The notes beneath the pieces are model-generated. The model did no database searches, was not told where the DNA came from, and saw only the letters and a program-made list of their open reading frames with translations. Made by a program: the position numbers and the translations under genes. From Diadema antillarum (Eukaryota): a stretch of 64,000 nucleotides of DNA. Shown piece after piece: positions 48,683 to 60,112 of this stretch. Each line of letters opens with the position of its first letter. Position 1 is the first letter of the stretch. Where the stretch lies: the NCBI RefSeq assembly GCF_040938485.1, contig NW_027272223.1, forward strand, positions 1 through 64,000. The letters are read 5' to 3'.

Positions 48683-48978
48683 GAACACCCTTATGCTCAA
48701 CATGGACATTGACATCAAAGAGTCATCAAGGTATATAAAAGAATGCATGCTGATAATAGTAGATTTGTGTCATGAAATACACAGTACTTATACTTTTTAT
48801 TTCAAAATACTTTCTGTACCTGAGATTCCTACATTTTGGAGGCTCTTGTGTATATAGAAGCCATTTTCATGTCATTTTCTACTTGATGCATTTCTAGAAA
48901 TAGTGTTTCCTTCCAGTAGATCATCAGTAGTCATATATACTTGCTGTCTGTAAAGCTCAGAACCATGCTCTCTGTACA

Positions 48979-49039
<61 letters not shown>

Positions 49040-49976
49040 TACATATACATGTATATACCAAGTCCTCTATCATGGTATTATTGGCAACAAATCATTTGAA
49101 TGAAGAGGGCATCAAACATGTGAAGTACAGTAGTTGCTACTGCTTATCTATTGCTTAAGGTTGGTTGGGACAAAGGTAAGGTCCATGACCCCTCCTCCCT
49201 TTTATGAAAAGAATCACAGGACAGAACACTCAGAAAGTCATAAGTTTCTAGCGAGGCTATATTTTATCCAACAATTTTTAACAGCTCCTGTAGAGCATAA
49301 AGGCTGGGGCTGCATTACATACAGTGTAGCAACTTTTTTTATGTCTTACAACATACCTTTTATTCATTACTTCATCAAAGAGCTTTCAGAAAGCATGTAC
49401 TCAATTTCAGGATGCAAATTGTTCCAGCATTCAGTGTGAAATATGATAATGTTCCTGCGCTTTTCTTCACATTTCTTTTGAGTACTTGAGTTGTCTTGTA
49501 ATCACCATGATACAAGAGCAGTCGATAAGAAAATGTTTGCTGTCAGTTTGGTAATGAGTATGAGTCAAAGCCCAATGCAACAGTCCAACATATTCACCTC
49601 AAGTGATAGAATCTTAAAGCTACAGTTTTGCTTTGTTTGGGTTTTTTCTTTGTCTTGTTTTTGGTTCTCACGAAATAGGGGTTGTTCTCATTGGTGTAAT
49701 CCTTGTCAAAACTTTCATGATTATCTTCACATGTAAGAATGCAACCTGAGAGGAAAATTATGTAACTGCCTTGTAACTTTTTGTACCTGTGATGTGTATA
49801 ATGCAGACTGTACACTTACTACTTTGTTTCATCTCTTCTTATTGCCAAAAAGTAGAATAGATCAAACAAACTGAATAAAATGTATAAACCAACCTTCTTG
49901 TTCCAAATGTGGATTCATATTAAGTGTGACCACGATAAAACCATACACGACTAATAAATTTGTATTACACCAGATA

Positions 49977-50882
49977 CAGTAAACCTCGCATGAGTCGAAG
50001 CTCTCAGGACTGACAAAAATGCGTCGACATAAGTGAACTTCGACTCTCGCGAGAGTCGATTTTTTTCGACTCACAGTTATGTACATGTATTATAGTACAT
50101 TTGCATGCATGTGTGTGTGTGTGTGCGTGCCCGTGTGTGTTTGTATTCAAATTTGTCTGTTCTTGAAGATAATGTTCTTATTTTGTTCTAAATTGAACAT
50201 GGAATTTGCATCAATACTAGTGTAGTTAAACGTAGTTCTAAGAATGTCTGCGCTAATGTGGCAATGTGCATGTGCTATATCTATGGTGCAACATAGGTAG
50301 CCATCTCTGTCAACCTACCATGAGACAAACACTCTCCCAGGCCCATCCCACCTCCATTGAACAAAACTATACAGCCAGCCAGGCACACACAAACAAGCTC
50401 CGCCCACTTGGCCTGTCACTAAAATATTAAAGCAGCAATTGGTTGACCAAGGAGTTCTGGCTTGACATGGATAAAGTATGGATGTGAAGTGTGTATGGAT
50501 AAAGTATGGATCGATGTGCTGTGTATTATACATGTATACATGTGTATGTATTTGACATGCGTGCGGAGCGGTACGGTGAGTGTGCATGCTTACCTGCAGC
50601 AGGTCAGGGATGGGGTTCTGCGACTGCCGATTTTTTATTCTCCTCTAAATGTAATGAGAATGCTAGAGAAATCTTCTTCGGCTCAAGTGCTGTAAACTAC
50701 GTGTATTTTGTACAAAAGGGACTGAATGTTTTACTTCGACACAGCCGAAATTCGACTCTCGTACTTCGGCTTATCCAAATATTTCTTAGAGAAAATACAT
50801 AGGGAAAAATCGGGACTTTTTATTTTGCTTCGAGTTAAGTGATTTTCGACTCACTCGACGTCGACTTATCCGAGGTTTACTG
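49977..50882. mobile_element. Tc1/mariner (pogo-type) non-autonomous element
   Basis: TA|CAGTAAACCTCG ... CGAGGTTTACTG|TA, with subterminal TCGAC repeats. Confidence 0.7.
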
Positions 50883-53121
50883 TATTAGCAGTACACTTGT
50901 ATTTGGATTTCAAATGACAAAATAATTATTTGTTAATGTTTTGGTTGTTAGCAAGCTAGCCGCCTTACTAAAACAGCAAACTGCCAACACTTTACCTTTG
51001 TCAGCATATTACCTATACCAGCAATGGGGCAGCTTTTTACTGGAGGATATTTCAGGACAAGTAGGACTTAGATACAGTGTATTCCCAAGTGCTTACAAAA
51101 CACGACTATTGCACAAGTCTTCTTTCTTGCACCATCTACATAATGCAAAACATAAGTAACTTCAGTACTGTTCATACACACGACTTATGGAATTGTATGC
51201 AAAACATACCTTTAGTACTGTTCATATACATATGAGTTCCTGAATTCTCTTAACTATAATGATTTTTTTAATGTAAAACTGACATAAGCATTTCCACTCA
51301 CAAAATAATCAGAGAAATACTCCATGTACAAAAATGAACTGTGGTTAATATTACTTCATACCATACATATCTTACTCAAACATTTCAAGGAGCAATATGA
51401 CTGCTCATTCTGTGCTATAAAGGACTCTTTCCTCCAAGATGCAAATTGCAGACAGCTGAATGCCTTATCCACAAGCCCTCATAAATAACCTCACTATTCA
51501 CTAATTACAGTAAATGAATTTGTGGCAATTGAACAAAGACCTGTGTCTTTTTCTTTTTAAGTGAATCTGAATCACAAATTCCCTTTGTCGTTGCTATCAC
51601 CAAAACACTGCAATGTAGAGTGTATTTGAAAACATACAAGTGGCACATTTTAAACATTTTATCATATTTAACATTATTTCAATTTTACCTTTTGACCACA
51701 TTTTGCATGAGCAAAGTCTGGCAGTGAATGGAATTCTCCAAAAATCATCCTGCAGCTTACCACAGAAAATGTCATTCAGGATACTACTATTCATCAGTAT
51801 ATTGATGTCAAAAAAATGATTAAAAAATAAATAAAAATCCTGTATACAGATAGCATGAAATCTACATTAAACCATCATTAGTGCTCACCATGTCGTTGAA
51901 AGTTTCATAAAAAATACAGGACTCTGAGACATGGTGATTTGCAATAGTCCTCAAGGCACTTTGATATTCCTATGAGCAGGTTTAGACTACAGTATTTTGC
52001 AAACATCACTTTTATAACACAGACTTAGATACAGATTCTTTTTGCAAAAATACCAAACATTACATGATTAACTGAACAGACATAATATTGCAACTATTCT
52101 TCACTTCTTTGTACATTCCTGAAGTAAAACAAAGACAGTCTGTGTGTGAAAGAGAGAGAAATATTCAAATTAGTGCCAAAAATAAAGACTTTTAGTACAC
52201 TGTATCAATGATACACTGTATGTCTCAGTCACTTTTTTTCTGGTGCTGGCACCTACAAACATACTTCTTATAACACATTCACAAAGGCTTCTGAGAGTGT
52301 GGGCCCTAACAAACTTACATACATGTAGTTCTGACACTTTACATAATTACAGCAAACCTCTAGCACAGTACAAATATCTCGCATGATTCTGTGTACTTAC
52401 CCTCACTGCAAAGCACAGAACAAATTCCCTGCATTTAACTTGTTGGTAACCTTTGCAGACATTTTTTTTTTTTCATGGCACATGCATCTGGCAGTCGATT
52501 ACAGTGAAGTGGGCTTCAGCTGACTGCCCGTTCCTGACCACGTAAAAGGACGGTGGACATTACCCTTCTACCAAGTTTACAATATGATATTTACAACTAA
52601 TTTCTACAAATGTATTATTTTGTTGTTAGGCAAGTAATGTTATAAACCATGGGTGCAATATAATGATGATGTCACAATCATTTGTTAAAGCTTCGTGCTG
52701 GTTCCACACAAAATACACTTGCACAAGGCTTTCGGCAATGGGTTAAAACCGGGTACAAGGAATGTTAGCAGTCATTGTGATCACAGATATTTGGATTACT
52801 TGAGGCTGTTTAGAATCAGTTTCCATGGCGATGATGTCACACTGCAGTACTCTATACCTGAATACTTGCACTAGGAAAGAGGAAGCCTTTAACCAATGTT
52901 TTCTGGGATTTGATATCCCCCTGCGCACCTGAATCGAGACTAATCGCCATACCTGATCCACGTCTGGAGCTGGTCTGGAGGGTATATCTCTGTAAATCAC
53001 TGTTGCAAATGTGGTCTCACGAGAAGCATGCTTAGTCTACACTCAAGGAAGCAAAGGCCTCAAATCCAAAGGCTATTGAAGAAGAAAAACATACAATGTA
53101 AACACCTATGAGAAGTTTGTA

Positions 53122-55537
53122 TCAAGGGCCTGCTTTGCACGATATTGCCATGGGTTCACAGTCATCATAGAGGCGTAGATGGGGGTTGTCTAGCTCATCC
53201 TCCTCAATGCAAGCACAGCGCCATTTATTAGTTCCCGGGTTGAAGAGCTTGCGAGGCACACCAGTCCACTCACGGCTGATCCCTCCGCTAAAAGAATGTG
53301 GAGAAGGCAGAAATAATACAGAAAATATCCAACATCAACCAAAAGAAACTGATTATAAGCTATGATCACTACCATGCATTTCTGTTATAATGAACACAGT
53401 TTTAACAAAAATCTTCCTCCAACAAAGTAAAAATTCAGGTTCCAAAATTGCCATCCACATGTCTATTTATATACTTTTATTGCTCGTCTGTAAAGAAACT
53501 TCAGTGTAATGAAAAAAAACTGCCATTCCCAAGGACTTTGTTACAATGGGAGTCGCCTGTATTTGGTGATTTTTACATGTTGACCAACATATATAATGTA
53601 TAAAAGGGAAAAAAATCTTTCACATATAATCAACCCTTCTATGCTAATCTTGTTGATGTAAAAAGAATGCTGATGATTACTTCACTTACATCATAAAATG
53701 ACTGACTACTGGCAACTGGTGATATATTGTACACTTGATATTTATAGGGGCAAACTTGAAATACAAATTTGTATGTATCGGCATTAAGCGCATTGATACA
53801 TTTTTTGTAGTAAATAGAGAATTACAATTGAAAACAATATATATCAGCTCCTACAAGTTTCTTAGATTTTTTCCAAACAAGTTGAAGAAATTCCATAATT
53901 TTGACATTGAATATGACCCTTAACCCCAAAGAACTTGCAACTTTAATACTGCAAAAACAAATGAATCAGCAAGATTTGCCCCTTTCATCATTATGAAAAC
54001 ATTTAAGCAGCCATGACAGATGCGTTTAACCATTAGCCAAAACACTTGACATCAAAGCAGGCTATTATCAAGAGGAGCCACTAGCCAGCACAGACCAATG
54101 CAGGGAGAGTTACAGAATTCTCAATCAACAGAGCCTTATACATGATGGACTCGCCGGTTCTTGGCATCATTTTAATCAATGCCCTAAACTGGCTCTTCAC
54201 TGTTTCCTTGCCATTTTTCAGAATAACGAGTAGGATCTGGAAAGAAATATCATGACTTCTGGGATAACATTTACCTGAGCAGCACACTAACCTCTTCTTG
54301 GAGCACCAGACACGAAGGCCAGCCGCCTGGGTCCATTCCGAGTTGCAGAATGGGAAGCGCCTCTGATGAGCAGCCTCGTCCTCTTTGAGTCTTAATCCTT
54401 CCTGAATCATCCTCTGTGCCTCCAGCATGCCGGATGTTGGGTTGCCATGGCTGTCATAGAAGTGACCACTGAGCTTTCCTGTGGGAAGACAATTGTACTT
54501 ATTGATAAAGCCATGTTTTAACTAAATGCAAATCAAAACACAACAGAACAAAACAAAACAAAACAAAATGAACAAAACAAAAAAAATAGGGGAAAAATTG
54601 TATGTCACACTATCAACAAATATTGGGGTGGAAATACAAGATAACTTACCCACATAATCATACTCCTTTTTAAAGAATTTCACCCAGTTCTCTAGATCCA
54701 CCATTTGCTGTGGTGAAAGTCCACTGACATCAGGTGTTAATCCTTCCTCCGTAAAGTCCCCAGAGATGTACGCCTTTGAGCCATCTCGGGCTGCAAAGAA
54801 GTGGTAACTTCCACCAGGAGCATAGTGCCTGGCTCCTTTCTGCACATCAAACACTTTACCCATAATGGCCAGATAGAGACCAGGGCTGTCACTGCTCCCG
54901 TCGTAGCGGTCCAACTCCTTTTCAGTGAAGATTCTGGTAATAGTGTCAGTGGACATCTCTTCCTCTTGTCCAAGGTCTGCACTAGAATTATCCTCCTTGA
55001 TAAACAATTGGATTATCTTGGAGACAATGCCTTGGACACTATTGTCATATAATGCATTTCTAGCTCTTCCTGGCTCCAACACAATGATGATACTTGCAAT
55101 AATTGCCACTAAGATTCCAGTGATGATTCCGAGGGATGCCATCATAGGTCCATTAGATGTACCTAAAACACACAAGGAAAAACAAACAACCGGTATAGAT
55201 CATACCGACAAAATCTGACATTTCTGGCACATCATTTTTCTCAGTAGCACTCATGTTGTAATTGATTACAAAGATTTCTAGTAAGCAGAAATATGGAAGA
55301 TCCTCTTTTCTTTAAAGGTATATTCCTGTATTGCACTGAAACTCTTAACCCCATTGCGGGGTGCTGTAACTAGTAACAGCCCAACACGTACGTGTTGGGG
55401 CCTCTGTTGCGGTTATGAAACTCTGTAAACGTCGCCGTCTCTGTAGGGTCGCCGTGCCAGTGCGGTGAGACCAAAGAGATCATACCACAAGAGGGCATAG
55501 TCCAGAAGCGGAGGCGGCTGAGCAAGGGAGCTGCCAT
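53122..55537 (-). CDS. CYB5D2: Neuferricin / cytochrome b5 domain-containing protein 2 (MAPR family), ~305 aa
   Basis: Exons 55537-55486 (tentative), 55162-54650, 54478-54292, 53287-53122; GT-AG with phases 1/1/2. N-terminal hydrophobic anchor, MAPR heme domain FTEKELDRYDG..LYLAIMGKVFDV..YHFFAARDGSKAYISGDF..W..F...YDYVG, and the neuferricin tail CNSEW..VWCS..GGISREWTGVPRKLFNPG..RCAC..DNPHL..YDDC. Confidence 0.9.
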
Positions 55538-55591
55538 TTTGCATTGTGGGAGCTGCCATTGCTCGGATCCTGTAGTATGTACATTTATTGA

Positions 55592-55605
55592 ACAGTAGAT
55601 GGCAG
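55592..55605 (+). promoter_or_regulatory. Candidate CTCF-type motif near the CYB5D2 start
   Basis: ACAGTAGATGGCAG matches CCASYAGRKGGCRS at 13 of 14 positions. This is a motif match only. Confidence 0.3.
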
Positions 55606-55984
55606 CATACTGTTAAATGCGCTCGACTTGAATATTCGACACAGTCAGCTTTTCGCCATTTTATAGTTACGTCACAATGCTCAAGATCCAAGTATTAAAT
55701 CATAATGTTTAAACGTCATAATGTTGCTGATGTTGTTTGATTTTGATGATGTAAGTGGATATGACAGGATATGTACACGAAACAAACGTCATATGAAATG
55801 CTTCAACTACTTTCTCGTCTACACTCAAGTTAAAATTGTTTATTTTGTGAATAACAAAATGTATGGACTCTAGATTCTACAAGATGGTTCAAATGATGGA
55901 TCATTGTAGAAACTGATATCTAAACAATCAACCACATTGCGTTTCTGAAAAATAAAATGTCATGAAGAATAAAAAAATAGAAAA

Positions 55985-58084
55985 GGGCAAGTCCAAGATA
56001 AGGTCCCCTCAGAAGGCTAAATTTCATCTTTGCTCAATATTGACATGTTTGGTATCATTTTGAAGCTTATGAGTTGAAGTTTTTATGTCTGTGGAGGAAA
56101 AAGTGATATTATGTAAATTTATGCAAATTTCAAGGGCTTCATTTGCATAAATGTGAAACACAGCGTTACGTATGGGACATTTAAAAAAATTCATATTAAT
56201 TCAAAGGAAAGCAAATAATATTTGATTAATATGTGGACATAAGAAGTTCATCACATAGTTTAACTTGGTATGAAAATTTAGGGATTATGCAAATGATTAT
56301 GTAAATTAGCTCGTGTCCTATCATGAGATGTCCCATATGTAACAAAATGAGGTCATTTTTTTAGGTTTTTTCTGAAATTGCTAAGGTTATTTTAATGCCC
56401 TTTTGGAAACTTCTAATTTATTGTTTAGAGAAATCAAATATCACAGAAAAAAGAAAAAAAAGTAAAAGAATTTTTTTTAATTAGGCATTGAAATAATGTT
56501 ACGTATGGGACAAATGCGTTACGTATGGGACATCCTCATACATATTGCATGTGAATGCATGTAGCTAGCTGGGAAGGTCTCTCAGTATACAAATGGTCAA
56601 TCATCCTGAAGAAAGCATCCCAACATTGTAGCTACTTTGTGAGTTATATATAGACACTTGAAACAATACATGAACTTGACTGAACAATTTTCAGAAAGGG
56701 GGAGGGGAAAATGGCAAAATACACAATGAAAAATCATCATTAAAGGGATGGTATAGTTTTTTGTAGAAATGGGGATTCAGTCTTCAACATTTAAAGAGAT
56801 GATTGGAAACCAATTATATGAATTACTAATTAGAGCATAAAATCCTAAGACTAGAGGAATTCAAAGTTTATGTGATGGAGATCCAATTTGAAATGGTTGT
56901 GATATATGTAATAGAAAAAAAAGGGGGTAAAATGATTTTTTTTTATAGCAAGTGATACACAAATTGTCCTTATTCAGTTTTCAGTAGTAGCCACAACAAA
57001 ATTCATGGGTATACATACTGAGGTGTGACTCGAATCAATGACCTGACTGATAGAAAGACATCATATGTCTACTCGATCACTGGTGTTCCACGCAGCAGGT
57101 ATTGCTTATTTATTAAACTTAATATTTCTTGTGTCAAGTTGTTTTTTATTGAAACTAAATGGCAAACTGCCCTTCATCAATGGAAGTAAACACTTTAAAC
57201 TATTCACTTTTTCAGTAGTAACTATCCTGATAAAAATAGGGCATACATACTCAGGTTGGTCATAAAAATATAGAATATGATTGAATGTGATTATGATGGT
57301 AAATATCTGGGGAATATTGTTCCCTTGTCAATCTGGATCAGTATTTGAGTAATTTCAACTGATTCCACCTCAATAATTATGCAAAAATTTGTTTATGGGT
57401 ATTTTGCAAAATTATTTTGCAAAATACCCATAAACATGGTTCTCCACACACTAAACGAATGGGGGACAAAGGGCATGCATACCCAGGTTGGTCATAAAAA
57501 TATAAAAATATGATTGAATATGATTATGATGATGAATATTTGGGGAATATTGTTTCCTTGACAATCTGGATCAGTATTTGAGTAGTTTCAACTGATTTTA
57601 CTTCAATAATTATGCAAAATACCCATAAACATGGTTCTTCACACACTAAATGAATGGGGGACAAACTGTCCCATACGTAACTGTCCCATACGTAACACGT
57701 CATGTCTGTCTTTAATTAGAACCTGTAATTAGAGCTTTTTGCCTCATGACATGAAACTTACCTGTGATAATCTTGAGTGTTGTGACTTTCATCACAGTGA
57801 GTTACAAGTTGTAGAATGATATACTTTCAGAGAGTTTTGAGGTTGAAAAAAATGTTTAAAAAAAACAAAATTTTTCTGGTCCCATACGTAACAGCACTTA
57901 TTTTCTCTTCTAGAATATAATTGTCAAGGTCATTTTTCTCAATTTTTTACATGATTATACTTCTTCTAGATATCAATCACCATGATGAAGTTCAATATGA
58001 TCAAAGGCCATTAACACTATTTTTCAGTTCATAAAAGTCTCTGAATGTCCCATACGTAACGTGCGCGTTATCTTGGACTTGCCC
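55985..58084. mobile_element. 2.1 kb non-autonomous DNA transposon
   Basis: 17 bp TIR GGGCAAGTCCAAGATAA / TTATCTTGGACTTGCCC with AAAA on both sides. Subterminal GTTACGTATGGGACA copies point inward from both ends, and there is an internal ~200 bp tandem duplication at about 57240-57665. No transposase ORF is present. Confidence 0.8.
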
Positions 58085-58506
58085 AAAAGCACTCTGAGAG
58101 CGCAGACCTCCGCCAAGCACACAGCTCATTTCCACCACTGATCTCATTCTTCCATAGAGATATCAGTGATTTCCACCCATATGTACTTATAGCATTGTGT
58201 GCTGAAAGTCGCCCGATTTCCCAATATAGAACTTAGAAGCCTTTGTTACATCATTGTCATAAACCCTCAGCTGCACGGCACGCCTCACCCTAGCAGAAAC
58301 TAGAGTCTAGAGTAGAGCACGCACTTTAGTGTGCGCATGCAAACCTGCATACGCAGACTGAACTCCCAAGTTCATTGACCCTACAAACCTGCCAAAATAT
58401 CAAAAATCCTTCATAAATTTTGATTTATTTTGCACACGGACAAACAAACAAACAAACAAACAAAACCAACGGTAACGAAAACATAACCTCCTCCCTTGGC
58501 GGAGGT
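58085..58506. mobile_element. Dispersed element with ACCTCCGCCAAG / CTTGGCGGAGGT inverted repeats
   Basis: 12 bp perfect IR at 58106-58117 and 58495-58506, with (CAAA)n near the right end. Family not assigned. Confidence 0.5.
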
Positions 58507-58516
58507 ACATCCACAT

Positions 58517-59242
58517 CAGTTCGGGAAACCCACTCACAAGGGGGGTCCCTCCTTATAAGTAACCCGTCCCCCTTATAAGTAACCCCGTCCCCCTTTTAAG
58601 TAACCCCCGGGGCACCCCTTATAAGGAGTCTCCACGGTTTTTTTGCAATGCAACGCGAAAATGAAAGGACTGCGGCAATTCGCTTGATTATGTCCATAAA
58701 GCTTCACAAGTTTCCTAGTTACTCACGAAATTTGAGCAAAATCGGTTTGAGGCATCATATCTAAAATCATGGATTTAAATGCGATGTCAAACGACCCATG
58801 CGAATGCTGAAATGCGAGCTGTTACTGGCGTGAGTGTCGCCAGGCGCGGCGGCGCGGCAATGCTTGACTGGCGACTGAGACTCAGTCGCCACGTCTGCAC
58901 TCAAGCATTGCCGCGCCGCCGCGCCTGGCGACACTCACGCCAGTAATCGCTCGCATTTCAGCATTCGCATGGGTCGTTTGACATCGCATTTAAATCCATG
59001 ATTTTAGATATGATGCCTCAAACCGATTTTGCTCAAATTTCGTGAGTAACTAGGAAACTTGTGAAGCTTTATGGACATAATCAAGCGAATTGCCGCAGTC
59101 CTTTCATTTTCGCGTTGCATTGCAAAAAAGCGTGGAGACTCCTTATAAGGGGTGCCCCGGGGGTTACGGGACGGGGTTACTTATAAGGGGGACGGGTTAC
59201 TTATAAGGAGGGGCCCCCCTTGTGAGTGGGTTTCCCGAACTG
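58517..59242. mobile_element. 726 bp foldback (fully palindromic) element
   Basis: CAGTTCGGGAAACCCACTCACAAG ... CTTGTGAGTGGGTTTCCCGAACTG. The arms pair to a 1 nt loop at 58880, and ACAT is duplicated at 58513-58516 and 59243-59246. Confidence 0.9.
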
Positions 59243-60112
59243 ACATGTAATTACTCCAGATACGATATGAGAGGAGAAGATGTGACTTGAACATAGACTT
59301 ACAATTTGTAGTTACAAATGTAGATCCAGCTGCCTGGATGTGAGGGTGCACTCCTTCAATTCTGGACGCCTCGTTTGTACGCACGCTTGAATATATGCCT
59401 ATGATGGTCATGGATGATGGCGAATGCCTACTCCAGTACTCGGCTACTGATACTGTAAATTAAACTAAATTTAGACCTAAAATTTATAGATATCTAATGA
59501 CAATTTAGCATTACACGTCTAGAGTCTAGATCTATCAGTCGTGTGTCTTAATACTTACCTCTTGCTTGCTACACATCACATAGAAATGAAGATACATACC
59601 GCACAGTATTTACGTAGACCTGCATACTACTGCATACAAACAACATCCACAGTTCCGCAGTTGCTCATGTGGGCTGCCATGTTAGACTCTTTCATTCAAA
59701 GTATATACTCTGGATTCAGATAAGTTTAATATTGTTCTTATTTTACAAAAAAAAATAATTAAATGTTCATTTATTCTTAGTGTCTTTAATATATTTTATA
59801 TTATTCTTAAATTATTTAAATATAGATTTTTTTAGCAAAATTACAAAAAAGTTGGACCAAGCCTGCACCACTCTTGACTTGCTTTCCTTACAGTCTTTCC
59901 TTTTCGTCTACACTTGCACTGTACTAAACTTACTCCGCTCCGCTCACGCAACACTGACGCGCCGTCCCATCTCATCTCGAGCTCGGCTCGGCTCGGCTCG
60001 GTTTATGTTGAAACTCTCGTCATCTAAGCGTAGGCCGCAGCTCAGTTAGAAGTCGAAGAACACCGACTTTCTCTAATCAGATATTTCGCAGGAGGGATCC
60101 TTCCTTGAGAAT

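Noticed and set aside
48700-53100. An additional gene between copy 4 and CYB5D2
   Set aside because: The short ORFs here show no recognisable homology or consistent splice frame; the region is explained by a MITE, microsatellites and a probable CYB5D2 3' UTR.
54081-54291. C-terminal continuation LVCCSGKCYPR... of the ORF 54081-54428
   Set aside because: Neuferricin homology stops at WCSKK and resumes at 53287 through a phase-2 GT-AG intron, so this part is intronic.
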